From NCBI RefSeq assembly GCF_006345805.1, contig NC_043000.1, positions 79,732,001 to 79,796,000 on the forward strand: a DNA stretch of 64,000 nucleotides, written 5' to 3'. The position numbers were made by a program, and so were the translations under genes. Every line of letters begins with the position of its first letter. Positions within the stretch are counted from its first letter, which is position 1. This DNA is from Octopus sinensis (taxonomy: Eukaryota). Below are positions 35,590-48,541 of the stretch, piece after piece. A model generated the notes under the pieces. That model was not told the origin of the DNA and did no database searches. It saw only the letters and a list, made by a program, of their open reading frames with translations.

Positions 35590-35760
35590 TAGTTTCAGAT
35601 TTTGGCACAAGGCAAGCAATACTGAGGGAAAAAAAAGTCAACTACATTGAGCCCCAATGCTCAATCAGTGCTTATTTCATTGACCAGGAAATAACAAAAA
35701 TCGTAGTCAGCCATAGTGAAAATTTGAGCTCAAAATGTAAAGAGCTGAAAGAAATGCCAC
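35590..35760 (-). mobile_element. SINE family A, degraded
   Basis: tttcagattttggcacaagg...cttatttcattgacc diverged match. Confidence 0.6.
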
Positions 35761-36239
35761 ATGGTGAGGTGAATATAGGGCTATTTGAGTAGAGTGTGAG
35801 AATTAGAGTACATGAGCATTGGAGCATCTAATTACAGTTGTGTGTGAGTATTGGAGTGCTGGTGTACTTGGGTATCTGAGTATTTCAGTGTGTGAGGTCT
35901 GGAGTGTCTAAACACTGTTACATGTACAGAAATGTATAAGTACTTGAATATCCATTTACTAATGTGCATGAGTACTAGTATATCTAAGTCCTGAGTATCT
36001 GAGCATTAGGGTATGTGAGTTCTGAAGTGCCTGAGTACTGGAATGTGTACACAATTATGTAAATGAGTATCTGAATAATGAGGTGTATGTGAATTTGCAA
36101 ATGAACAGGAATAGTTATAAACAGATTGTGCACTGGAGCAATCACTAGCCATCCAGAAAACATGATCAAAGATGTTTCAAACATGACCTCTCCATCTCTT
36201 AATCATACATAGAATATCTAGGATTGTTTTATCTTGCAT

Positions 36240-36600
36240 GGGCATGGCTGTATGGTTAGAAACCTTGCCTTGCAATCATGCAGTTTTAGGTTCAGTCCCA
36301 CTGCATAGGACCTTAGGCAAGTGTCTTCTGCAATAGCCCCAAGTCAACCAATACCTTGTGAGTGAATTTAGTTAACAGAATCTGTGTGGAAGCCTGTCAT
36401 ATGTATATACATATGTATATAGGTGTATATCTTTGTGTTTATCCCCCACCCCAATACTTGACAATCTGTGTTAGTTTGCTTTCATCCTGTAACTTAGCCG
36501 TTCAGTAATAGATTCTGATAGAATAAGTACCATACTTATAAAAAAAATAAGTACTGGTGTTGACTTCTTCAAACTAAATGACTGAAACAAGTGACTGATA
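36240..36600 (+). mobile_element. SINE family B, degraded
   Basis: ggttcagtcccactgc, ccttaggcaagtgtcttc, gaataagtac. Confidence 0.7.
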
Positions 36601-37000
36601 AAAGCTTCTTTGTTGTTTTAATTGTCCCTACCAGTACCTAAGATACTGATTAGGTGCAATTTGATGGAGATTTGGTTGATGTTTATATTGAACTGAGTGG
36701 TTGCATGAAGCAATGTTATAGGGGTGGGGTGGGAGTTACAAATGGAAAGAGTGCCAGGTTGCTTAGTAACAATGATAGAAGGAATAGTATGTGAAATACC
36801 AAGACCTCAAAGTGCATAACAATTATGGGTCTTGGTTCATTAATGAAAATAACAAATAACAGCAGCACTGAATCAGATATGAAGAAATCCAAACGGGTTT
36901 TACAATAGAGAATAATTAACTAGCAGAAGGACATTAAATTGATAGAGAAAAAAATTGAAATTTAAATATTGATGAAACATATATGTGCATGTGTGTGTGT

Positions 37001-37058
<58 letters not shown>

Positions 37059-37205
37059 GACAAACAGAGAAATACTTTTGAAGAATACTTATTGAAGAAT
37101 ACTTATGTTATGTACACATTTATAGAAATATATGTATGTATGTACATTTGTATGTATGTATGTATGTATGTATGTATGTATGTATGTATGTATGTACATA
37201 TGTAT

Positions 37206-37206
<1 letters not shown>

Positions 37207-37249
<43 letters not shown>

Positions 37250-37665
37250 TTAACGTCTGTTTTCCATGCTGGCATGGGTTGGATAGTTTGACCAAAGCTG
37301 GCAAGCAGGAGAACTGCACCAAGTTCCAATCTTATTTGGTTTGGTTTCTATGGCTGGACGCCCTTCTTAATTCCAACCACTTTACAGTGGATGCTGGGTG
37401 CTTTTTACATGAGTGCCTTTTTGTGGCACTGGCATAAGTGCTTTTTTCCCATGACAACAGCACAGGGCTCCTGTAGGCCAATCTTTTTCATCAGGGGGAG
37501 CAGAATTAACACTTCTGCTGTGGCAGATGGGTTTTCTTGAGTATAGTAAGGCACCAGATATCTTGGTCCTTTGTCATCTCCTCCATGAAGTTCATTGTTC
37601 TGAATTCATCCTTCAGTACTTTGTCTTATGTCTCCCTGGGTCTCCCTCTTACCCAAGTTCTATCC
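37207..37665 (-). mobile_element. RTE 3' fragment
   Basis: (cat)n tail, 3' UTR and RGRP..TW-like end of the ORF on the minus strand. Confidence 0.8.
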
Positions 37666-37898
37666 ACTTGGAGTGATTAGTGCTTCTTTATGAAGCTGTC
37701 TACATTCACCCACATCCCTATATGTATATGTATTGTGTGTATGTGTATATGAATATATATATATATATGTATATATGTATATATATATGCATGTATATGT
37801 ATATATATATATGTGTGTATATATGCATGTGTATATGTATAAGTATGTGTAAGTATGCATATATGCATATCTGTGTGTGTGGTGTGTGTAATGTATGC

Positions 37899-37977
<79 letters not shown>

Positions 37978-38019
37978 TATATATATATACATATATAGGA
38001 TCATATATAATTACAGGAA

Positions 38020-38480
38020 AGCAACATGCTTGCCATGAAGAAAAAGATGAAAATCTAGCACACCTATCTGGTTAGCTAATTATTGTTTGGCATTGAATCA
38101 TGAACTTCCTGACATATCAGTAGAGATAGATGAACATCTTGTTTGAGGCAAGTACTGAGCTTTAAATAACAGGAGTGTATACCACATAAGGATGTATTTA
38201 GCCAAGCCCATTTGCCAAACATACACAGCAGTGCTTGAAATGTCATATTAATGGAAGATAGCCAATTATCCAGGAACATCTTGTAAAAAGAACCAGCCAC
38301 CAGGCTACACCAGGCTGCTATGCTATAAATGATGTCTGCAGCTATCTAGAGCAGTGACAGCAACCTAATAAACTGGGAAATCTTGGCAACTGATTACAAC
38401 AAACACAAGCATGTCATGAAGATTGCTTGGGAAGTAAAGTGATACAAGTTGGATTGGGGAATTTAGAAAAGAGAGCACAT
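38020..38480 (+). mobile_element. Highly degraded RTE (BovB-like) C-terminal remnant
   Basis: Fragments MEDSQL, DVC, NWEILAT in the order typical of RTE C-termini. Confidence 0.4.
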
Positions 38481-39045
38481 GTGACAGAAGCCAACATTAA
38501 CACCACAACAGTAAAATATAACATAAACATACTGGTAAAACTGTTATAAGGTGCACCACCCCAGAAAAGGGTATACAAACACAACATATTGTAAATGCTA
38601 TTTTTGCTTCATTCAGTTTACAGAAATGGTGAATTCTGTTCATGCTTTGATTTCAGTAAAATATTTATGTTTTTTGTTAATGAATATGTCTCTTTGAAAA
38701 ATTGATAAAGAGAAATATAATGATTTGCAGTTCACAACAGTTCAAATCCTGACAAACCAATAGTGTGCTATTGTCTTTCAATACAGCTGTATACCAGGAA
38801 GAGATAGATTGGGTCAATTTAGGATTAAGGTTGGGTTTATTTTTAGTGTAAGGTTAATTTTTGTGTTAGAGTTAGCACTGTGGTTAAATTTAGGAATTTG
38901 AAGACTGTACAATTTAGGTTAAGGGTTAGGGTTAGAGTTAGGGTTAAGAATAGGAAAAGGATGGGAAAAGATTTGGTTGTGATGCATGAATTTTAATATT
39001 CTGGGATGATTTGTTGAAAATCTGATATTAGATTGAGAGAGATAC

Positions 39046-39396
39046 CGATAAAATGTATGAATGGCTCATCATCATTGCAACCAAGAAAACAGTTGTTGAA
39101 ATATAGGTGATAGTTTTAATGGTATGCTTCAAACTATACAAAGAACTTGCTTTATTTTCCACATGCTTAGAAATATAAATGCTGTGAATGGAATAATTAT
39201 AAGAATGATGAAGATAATGAGGGAAAAGATTGTGATTGTGGTGGCAGTAATGACAGTGGCAGTTGTTGTATTTATGGTGGCAATGATGATGATGTGATGA
39301 ATTTGACGATGATGATGATGGTGGTGGTGGTGGTGGTGGTGGTGGTGATGATGATAGTTGTGGTTGTCCTGGTGGTCTGCTGTTGATGATGGTCAT
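39046..39396 (-). CDS. Candidate host coding exon: Pro/Ser/His-rich N-terminus ending in a hydrophobic segment
   Basis: Part of 144-aa ORF 39028-39462, open well beyond its microsatellite; possible acceptor CAG before 39441, ATG 39396, weak donor GTATCT after 39046. Confidence 0.3.
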
Positions 39397-40499
39397 GGGA
39401 ACTTTGCCTAAGTAAGTTAACTCCCTTATCAGTTTCAGAACCTGACAGCTAGTGGTCAACAATGTGTCACATGATTAAGCATTTGATTAGTCGCATGGTC
39501 ACTAACCAAAAAATTACTGTTTTAATTAAACACAAATAGCATCAGTACTATTCCTTATAAGGTGAACTTTGTAGAATCTATGTATGGATTGAAACATCAT
39601 ACACACACACACTTAACCCCACTACTTCCCTTACAAACACTTAAATATTTCACGCCTGATTATGTTTAATAAAAAATCTACTTATATATACATATACACA
39701 CACTCTCACTCTCTCTTTCTCTCTCTCCCTCCCTCTCTCTTTATCTATCTACCTAGCTATCTCTCACACATACACATCTACACATACAGTTACAAACATG
39801 TATCCCACACAAGCTGTCACAAGGATATATCAGACACACACACAATCACATACACATATGCACACATGCACATCCAAATACACATCCAACACAAGCACAC
39901 ATACACACACAAGCACACACAGTCACACACACATGCATGCATGCATGCACACACACACACACATGCACATATATGCATACAAGCACATATACATATACAC
40001 ACATGTGCATCCAAATACAGATCAAAAACAGGCACACATACACACACTCTGTCACTCTGTCACACAACATACACACATGAACATTTCATGGATGGTTATG
40101 TTTTTAAAAAAAGTAAATACAACAATGAAACATAGACGTCTTCCAGAAAACATTACCAAAGAAAATAGAAATCTTCCAGAAAAGATAGTAATTTTTTTCC
40201 ACATAACTGGGTTTCTTCAAACTTATCTTGAAATAAAGTTCACCGAACCAAATCTTATAGAGTTGTGTACTTGCTTACACTCAGTTGTCCCAGTAGGATT
40301 ATATTTGCTCTTCATATATCTATCTGCTGAAGAGATCAGAATCTACTGCCATAGCATTGTTAACAAGATGCTATCTATTACTGACATAATAATGTTTCTA
40401 TTAGTGGCTTAGTGGATAGGAACATTAAAAGATTTTGTTGAAAACTAAAATAATTCCAATTCAAAACCAGTCACGTATCAATTTACACACACATATATA

Positions 40500-41356
40500 T
40501 ATAAAGAATAAAAAGTTTTGAATGGTACAACAATGCAATATAATACAAACAATGGGCTATATACCTGTTGTAATCTAGTCATCCATAGTCTGATATGATA
40601 TTTCGAAATAAAATTCCTTCTTCAGATATTCTTAGATGGAGTTGCTGTTTTCCAACGGCTTTTTTTTCGGAAGCGTCTCAGCAGTGGTCTCACAAAGCTC
40701 CTTCCGGAATTCCTCATAAGAAGTGCGTGAGGTCAGCCATATCTCAATCTCATGTGTGCTGGTACATCCGTAGTGCTGCTTTTAAGTTATGTATTATATG
40801 TGCAGCTACCTTTTTTCCCCTTCTTTTTATCTCTTCTCTGTTTTTGTTATAAACTATAGATGAGCATATTATCAAAATTGAACCTACACCCATCCAGATG
40901 TAGCTAAATAATATATTGATTATCAACCTCCAGCCTGTTGTTAATTTGGGACCCTAGTCTGTGTATGAGTATAGCTTCCTTAGTTCTTAAATTACCCAAA
41001 TTTCTTTCATTGGCCTCACTTGTGACTGTTATGCTTTTGTTGGTGTTCCGGCATCTGTCTAGAGAGGCTCTCATGTTCAGATGTTCTTTGATGCGGATGA
41101 GTAACGGTCTTGTTGTACTACCCACATAGAACTTGTTGCATTTGTTACATTGTATTCTATACACAACATTTATCTGTTGGCATAAATCTATGTCATGGAT
41201 GGGACAGTTTGTTAGTGTGCATTAATTGTTGTCCCTTGTTCATTTCTTTGCGAGGTGTCCTCTCAAAGAGAGGCCGGAGTGGGCTAGTTGTATGTCTAGC
41301 CCTTCTCTTCTTATGGTTCTTCAGATGGATGTAGTTATTCTCTCGCTAAAACGGGG

Positions 41357-41360
<4 letters not shown>
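40500..41360 (-). mobile_element. Penelope-like element 3' part: GIY-YIG endonuclease and pLTR
   Basis: VYRIQCNKCNKFYVGSTTRPL.IRIKEH...EAILI...IN (ORF 40904-41164); CTGAAGA..CGAAA motif at 40587-40628. Confidence 0.88.
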
Positions 41361-41419
<59 letters not shown>

Positions 41420-41922
41420 GAACAGCATGTTTTAAATCTCTGAGCGAGAGAAATACAGTAACAGTACCAGATAGTAATGTTTATTTGCCAACATAACATG
41501 GCAGTCCTGTAAAGGATGGTATTACTGTTGTTTTAGTTCCAGGAAAACATCTTTTCTATCTGGCTAATGACACAGTCTGTGTCTGTCTATAACATTTGCA
41601 AAGGAGGCCATTGCTCCCATCTCTAGCCTTATTTGATGCTCACACACCTAGGTCTCTAAATGTTATCCGTCCTATATATATATATATATACACACATCTA
41701 TATATATAATTGGTACTCCATTAGTTATGATGGTGAGGGTTCAAGTTGATCCAATCAATGGAACAGCCTGCTTGTGGAATTAATGTGTAAGTGGCTGAGC
41801 ACTCTACAGGAATGCAAACCCTTAATATAGTTCTGAGGAAGATTCAGCATGACACAAAATGTGACAAGATGGCCCTTTGAAATACAGGTGTTACTCATTT
41901 TTGCCAACTGTATGTAATATAT

Positions 41923-42237
41923 CATCAACATCACCAACATTTAACATCTGTTTTCCATGCTGGCATGGGTTGGATGGTTTGGCCAAGGTTGGCAAGCTGA
42001 AGGGCTGCACCAGACTCCAGTCTGATTTGGCATGGTTTCTACAACTGGATACCCTTTTTAATGCCAACCACTCTGAGAGTGTAATGGGTGCTTTTATGTG
42101 TTACTGGCATGAGTGCCAGTTGCCTGACACCAGTTTCTGCCACAATTATAATTTCACTTGGCTTGATGGGTTTTCTACTCAGGCATGGCATGTTGCTGAA
42201 GGTCTCGGTCATCTGTCATTGCCTCCATGAGGCCCAA
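41923..42237 (-). mobile_element. RTE 3' fragment
   Basis: Match to the RTE 3' UTR consensus seen elsewhere in the window. Confidence 0.8.
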
Positions 42238-42242
42238 GTGTT

Positions 42243-42467
42243 AGGGCACCACCTTCAAGGTTTTTAGCTTAACAAATCAATACCAGTATTTATTTTTAAG
42301 TCTAGTACTTATTCAATCAGCCCCTATTGACATACTTCTAAGTTAAAGAAGAACAGACAAACCAACACCAGTTGTTAAGTGGGGTGAGAAACACAAGGAC
42401 ACACACACACAAACAGACACACAGACACACACAAACACATGCACACACAGACACACAGACACACACG

Positions 42468-42544
<77 letters not shown>

Positions 42545-42655
42545 TAAGTACTAGGTTTACAAAGAATAAGTCCTGGGGCTGATTTGTTTGACCAAAGGTG
42601 GTGCTCCAGCATGGCCATAGTCAAATGACTGAAATAATTAAAAAAATAAAAGAAT
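42243..42655. mobile_element. Two SINE family B 3' parts in inverted orientation around (CA)n
   Basis: Minus part 42243-42400, plus part 42541-42655. Confidence 0.7.
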
Positions 42656-42793
42656 GTATATATATATATATATATAAGCAAAAGCATTTGAGCGTTTACA
42701 CATGAAATAAGATGTTATTACTGTTAATATCATCTGCGGTGAATATTTTTAAATGATAATGTTAATAGCAGTAACGGGCAAGCATTATATAGC

Positions 42794-43032
42794 TATATAA
42801 TTTAAAGTTAGCACAAAGCATGAGGATGCGGAAACAGCAAGGACTTGTTTAGAAATAGGAGCTTAATTCTTAATTCAACCACTGAAAAGCACCAAACAAC
42901 AGAATAAACGATTATATATGTATATATTATTTGGTGCTTTCCGGCAGTTGAATTAGGAATTTACCTCCTATTTCTAAACAAGTCCTTGCTGTTTCCGCAT
43001 CCTCATGCTTTGTGCTAACTTTAAATTATATA
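42794..43032. repeat. ~100-bp-arm inverted repeat ending in (TA)n
   Basis: Arms 42794-42897 and 42930-43032, outer ~65 bp identical. Confidence 0.88.
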
Positions 43033-43179
43033 TATATATGCTGGGATGGAAAGCAAACATTAAATGATGACGACGATGATGACATATGAAGCAAACTTGT
43101 TAACCACACAGGTATGCCTGCTCCTACTTAAAATATGCATGTATCATCAGTATAGGTGACCAAAATAAGTCATTGGCAC

Positions 43180-44600
43180 CTTGTGAATTTTCCACAGTAT
43201 GTTTTTGCATGATTGGTTGAAGAGAAAGATGCCCTCAATAGTTTTTGCTGTGCAAATGATTTGGAAGGAGTAGAAAGATCATCTTACAGATTCCTATTTT
43301 TCTAATGTCTAAATAGATTTTCTTCAAAGATAGACACAAAATTGGTTTCCTCCAACTTATTGTGCGCTCATATATCTATATCACATAATGAAACACTGTC
43401 TATTCCTGTTCCTTCCCATGACAGGTTCAAATCCATACAAAAAGAACTACATATTAATGATGGTGCAAATATTGATCATGCTTTTTTGACATTTGTCAGG
43501 ATCTATGCAGGAGAGCATTGATTTAAATCTTTCTGTAAAAGAAAGTTTCAGCAATCTTATGAGGGATTCAGAACTGTCAAAAGTTAAAGTAAAACTTTAT
43601 GTATCTCATTTGACAGGATGTGATGTGCTTGAACAAAATGTAACAATAGGTTACTATAGAAAATGAAATTTCGATTTGGAGTTTATTTAGTTTTAAAAGA
43701 ATGATCCTTTCTGTTATTGTTATGACATTAATGGACATTTGGAAAATTTATCTAAAAGGCATGTTGTAAGTGAATGACTTTTTATAGTATCATTTCTATC
43801 AAACTTAAAAGCTCATGCATTGCATAATGGAGATTTAAAACTATCTATCCCCATTGCTCATTCAGTGCATTTCAAATAATCTGATGTTAACATGAAGATC
43901 CTTTTTAATGCAGTTCAATACAATGGTTGCCACTGGAATCTTTGTGGAAATCTTAAAGTAATTGCTATGTTAATGGGTACACAAGAGGGAATCATCAAAT
44001 GCTACTGCTTTTACTATTTTCTATGCCTGCGGGACAGTCACACTCTTACAAAGTATTATAACAGAAGAGAATATCTAACCAGATAATTATATATTCCAAC
44101 AAGAAGTAACATTCTTTCAGTTGTTTTAGTTGAACTGAACCAATATTTTTATCATCTGTTCATATTAAACTTGTTTATTAAGAAGATACTTTTAAGGTCA
44201 TGCATAAAAAAAAAAATTCTAGAGTATTTCAAATTCACTCAGAAATACTTCTAAAATAATATACCACAAACATTAATGAGGACTTCAAATTTGAGAAGTA
44301 TTAAAACATTTACTGAAACACAATACCTGAACTAAAAACTTAACATACTTTCAAATGGGTCTATCTTAACTTCTTAGGAAATTACATTTATCCATTTTTT
44401 ATTTCTAATATGTTTATTTTATAGATGAAGTCAAGATTGAGGCTTATGAAGGTATGGATTGTCATATGTCCTCAAATTAAATTTCTTAAATTCACACCTT
44501 GACTCCTTGCCTGAAAATCTTGGTGATGAGCAAAGAGAGAAATATTTCATCTGGATATTAAATCTATGAAGGATTCTAGGAAGAAAACACGATGACATAC
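43180..44600 (+). mobile_element. Degraded DNA transposase, Chapaev3/Transib-like
   Basis: FAV.MIWKE.KDH, LHNG..SIPIAHSVH, HWNLCGNLKV, HIKL, KLNFLNSHLDSLPENLG.DEQ..FH in order; superfamily label is from memory of motifs. Confidence 0.6.
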
Positions 44601-45089
44601 AACTCCTGGACATGAGAGTATAATGATGCATGTCACATTTACAACAAAAGGTCGAGAATGGTACCAGATGGTTGTAGTATGTGCTCAAAACATCAGCTAT
44701 ATCTCCCTTAAATCATACATCTTTTTATCTGAAAATTATTTGCAATTATAAACAGAGGCAGGTGGCAGACTTGGACTGTCCATATTTTGAAACAATGATT
44801 TGGAATGAAGAATTTTGAGAAAGAGTGGACATTGAAAGTGGGGGAAAGAATGATTGTATGTATTCCTGTGTCTAAAAAATAAATTCTCCAAACATTTTTG
44901 AAAATTCCCAAAAATCAAAAAGTTATGAGAGGTTACAAGGGTTACTTAAACCAGAATTCCTTAGCAATATATTCATCAAATTAAATGATGTCAATATGTT
45001 ATTGCAAGGAAAGTAAAAACACTTGTTGACTGCAAATTGTCCATCACTGCTCTCATTTCTAAATTAATGCTGATATAGGATGATGATAC

Positions 45090-45245
45090 ATGGTGTTAGA
45101 AAGGGCATCCCATCATAAAAACCCTGCCAAAACAGTGAGTGAAGCCTGGTGCAGTTCTGCTTAACCAGCCCCTGTCAAATCATCCAACCCATGCCAGCAT
45201 GGAAAATGGACGCTAAATGACGACAATGATGATGATGATGACGAT
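45090..45245 (+). mobile_element. RTE 3'-terminal fragment, tail-to-tail with the next copy
   Basis: ggtgttagaaagggcatcc...ggacgctaaatgacg(gat)n. Confidence 0.8.
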
Positions 45246-45299
45246 GAGAACACATATATATACTAAACATTATTATTACTCAAAATGGATACATAGATA

Positions 45300-46764
45300 C
45301 ATCATCATAATCATCATCATCATTGTCGTCATTTAACGTCTGCTTTCCATGCTGGTATGGGTTGGTTGGTTTGACTGAGAACTGGTGAGCCAGAAGGCTG
45401 CACCAGGCTCAATCAGATCTGGCAAAGTTTCTACAGCTGGATGCTCTTGCTAATGCCAACCACTCTGAGAGTGTAGTGGGTGCTTTTTCGTGCCACTGGC
45501 ATGAGGGCCAGTTAGGTGGTTCTGGCAACGACCATGCTCAAAAGGTATTTTTTATGTGCTACCTGTATGGGAGCCAGTCCAGCAGCACTGGCAATGACCA
45601 TGCTCGAATGTTGTTTTACGTGTGCCACCGGCAAAAGTGCCAGTAAGGTGACGCTGACAACGATCACGCTCGAATGGTGCTTTTTACATGCCACTGGACT
45701 GGGAGGCAATCTGTGGCCCTGGTGACGATCATGCTTGGATGTACTTTTAACATTCCACTGGCACAAGTGCCAATCATGTGGTACTGTCATCGGCCACATC
45801 AGCGATTTTGATTTGATTTCACTTGCCTCCATAGGTCTTCGCAAGCAAAGTTTATTGTCCAATGAATGAGGGGTACTAATAAGTGGGCTGGTTACACCCC
45901 ATGCTTTAATGTGCTTTTAACATTCCACTGGCACGAGTGCCAATCAGGTGGTACTGTTATTGGCTACATCAGCGATTTTGATTTTGATTTTGATTTCACT
46001 TGCTTCAATAGGTCTTCGCAAGCAAAGTTTATTGTCCAATGAATGAGGGGTACTCATAAACGGACTGGTGACACCCACTGGCATAGGCCATGGGCTATGG
46101 TCTCACTTGGCTTGTCAGGTCTTCTCCAGCACAGCATATCTGCAAAGGCCTCGGTCACTAGTCATTGCCTTGGTAAGGCCCAATGTTTGAAGGTCGTGCT
46201 TCACCACCTCAACCTAGGTCTTCCTGGGTCTACCTCTTCCACAGGTTCCCTCAACTGCTAGAGTGTGATGCCTTTTCACACAACTGTCCTCATTCATTCG
46301 CAACATATGACCATACCAGCACAGTCGTCTCTCTTGCACACCACATCTGATGCTTCTTAAGTCCAACTTTTCTCTCAGGTGCTTACACTCTGTAGTGTAT
46401 GCACACTGACATTATACATCCAGTGGAGCATACTGACTTCATTCCTTGCAAGTTTACGCATGTCCTAGGCAGTCGCAGCCCATGTTTCACTGCCATGTAG
46501 CATGGCTGTTCGTACACATGTCATACAGTCTACCTTTTACTCTGATCAAGAGGCCCTTTGTCACCAACAGAGGTAGGAGCATTCTGAACTCCTGCCCAGC
46601 TACACTTTCAAAGCATCCAGCCCCGCTACTGACTTGGTCCTCAAGGTAACAGAAGCTATCAATTACTTGTAGTTTTTCTCCCTGGAATGTAACAGAAGTT
46701 CTTCTCTGCACATTTTTAGTGTTTGTAGCACCTGAGCATTTGCCACATATAAAAACTATCTTCT
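45300..46764 (-). mobile_element. 5'-truncated RTE LINE, degraded, with a ~180-bp duplication in the 3' UTR
   Basis: FQGEKLQVIDSFCYL homologous to 29358 ORF; 45740-45900 repeated at 45912-46080. Confidence 0.9.
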
Positions 46765-47231
46765 CACATATACATATATATGCTTTTCAACCTGGCCAGA
46801 ACTTTGACCTTATAGATCCAGGCCACTACTTCTCCTTCTTCATAGAAAGGTCTAATGGCTTTGCTGCTAATTCTTATCTTCACTGCCAACCCATGGAAGT
46901 GGGTAACAACAATGAAGAAATATACTTTCACATGATTGCTGAAATAGCTTGTTGTACAAAAGAACTGTAATGTGGGGAAATAAGAAACAATTCGCCTACC
47001 TTCTCGTCGTTTTGCCATCCAGCTGTACTCAATCAAAGCTCACGCCCAGCCCACGCACCTAACAATGGCAGCTGCCAGTACCTGTCCCTATCAGCTCACA
47101 TCCCTATTGCCTCACGTCCATTGATCATGAGCACCCAAGGCAAAAGAGGATGACCCTGATCTTCCTTCTCTCACTTCCTCTTTCACGCTTCCTGCTCAGG
47201 TCAAGCCCCATGACCGTTGACAGTTTCTGTG

Positions 47232-47318
47232 TTCTGTAAACTCAAATTCTCAGTTTTGAGTGCATTCTTTCTGTCTGTCATGGCTTGTGCTTGAAGCTAA
47301 GAATTTGAGTTTACAGAA
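47232..47318 (+). other. 33-bp stem, 21-nt loop hairpin
   Basis: Arms 47232-47264 and 47286-47318 pair with five G-U pairs and one mismatch on the + strand. Confidence 0.75.
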
Positions 47319-47769
47319 GATGGGAACAACATTTATATATTAACTGAGGAAACACAACTAGATCTCATAATACAGGAAAATGGCTATATAACCAAATGCC
47401 TACAAACTTGGAGGACTAAATTGCATGGAAACAATTGTAGTCTTTACAAATATATGTTCCTCTGTACTCATTCTTGTTAACTCCAGCTTATTCCATTATC
47501 CATTCACACACTACAGAAGCCCCAGCACAAATCTGTCAGTATGTATAATACTGCTGCTGGATAGCACTGGGTGAAATCTGAAGATGGATATGCTTTATAG
47601 TGTACTCTACTACGTTCTTAACAGAATATAACCTAACTTATATATATATAAATTTAAACAATAAGGGTAAAAATTTATATTAATTAAATTAATATCAATT
47701 TAAACCAGTAGCTTAGCATATTGAAAAAAATCTGAAGATTTAAATTTATATTACATACATATAAGAGGA

Positions 47770-48247
47770 ATGACCACCAGGTGGATTCCTAATATGCTAA
47801 AGGTAGACTCCAAATGGTCTGACCACTAAGAAAAATTGTTCTCAAGAAATTTCGGCAAATGCCAGAATGTAAAGCGAGCAAGACAAATGAAAAGACACAA
47901 AATATAGTGATTTCTCTAATTGGCAAGTTTCAATGCAGAAAATTATTTTCTGCAGAGTCATTTCTGGCTTCAGCATATCAAACGAAGACATTTGAAATAT
48001 ACCTCTAAATATAAATGATAGAACTGCATGCATGTTCTCTCTCAGGAGGATTTGCAGACATTTACGTAATGTAAATGGTAACGATGAAACCTAGGTATGT
48101 GACTAATCACTATATTTTGTATCTTTTCATTTGTCTTGCTCGCTTTACATTCTGGCATTTGCCGAAATTTCTTGAGAACAATTTTTCTTAGTGGTCACAC
48201 CATATGGGGTCTACTTTAGGCATATTAGTAATTCACCTAGTCGTCAT
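47770..48247. repeat. ~140-bp-arm inverted repeat (Penelope pLTR-like)
   Basis: Arms 47770-47912 and 48105-48247; spacer contains GAAACCTAGGTA. Confidence 0.85.
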
Positions 48248-48498
48248 ATACATTCAATGCTTTTTTCCAAGAAATGTAATGCTCTTAGCTTAGTTTTTCC
48301 TTGGGGCTGGCCAGATTGGAGCAATCTCAAGATTAATCAGCCGAAATTGCGAGGATGATCCTGTTCTTGACTAAGGATAGAAATATTCGAATGACCCTCA
48401 TTGTTTTTTTTGTATCGTCTATCTGGATGTTTTGTTGTCCCTTTTTGTATCATTTAGTTGTCTGGATGTTTTGCATTCTTGTCCCATTTTGTATTTTA

Positions 48499-48539
<41 letters not shown>

Positions 48540-48541
<2 letters not shown>

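Noticed and set aside
40279-40325. Small minus-strand exon candidate (also 35225-35265)
   Set aside because: Splice-like signals present, but too short to distinguish from chance and phase linkage is unclear
46966-47315. Possible solo LTR (TGTAA...TTACA)
   Set aside because: TSD is imperfect and the right end is better explained by the 47232-47318 hairpin
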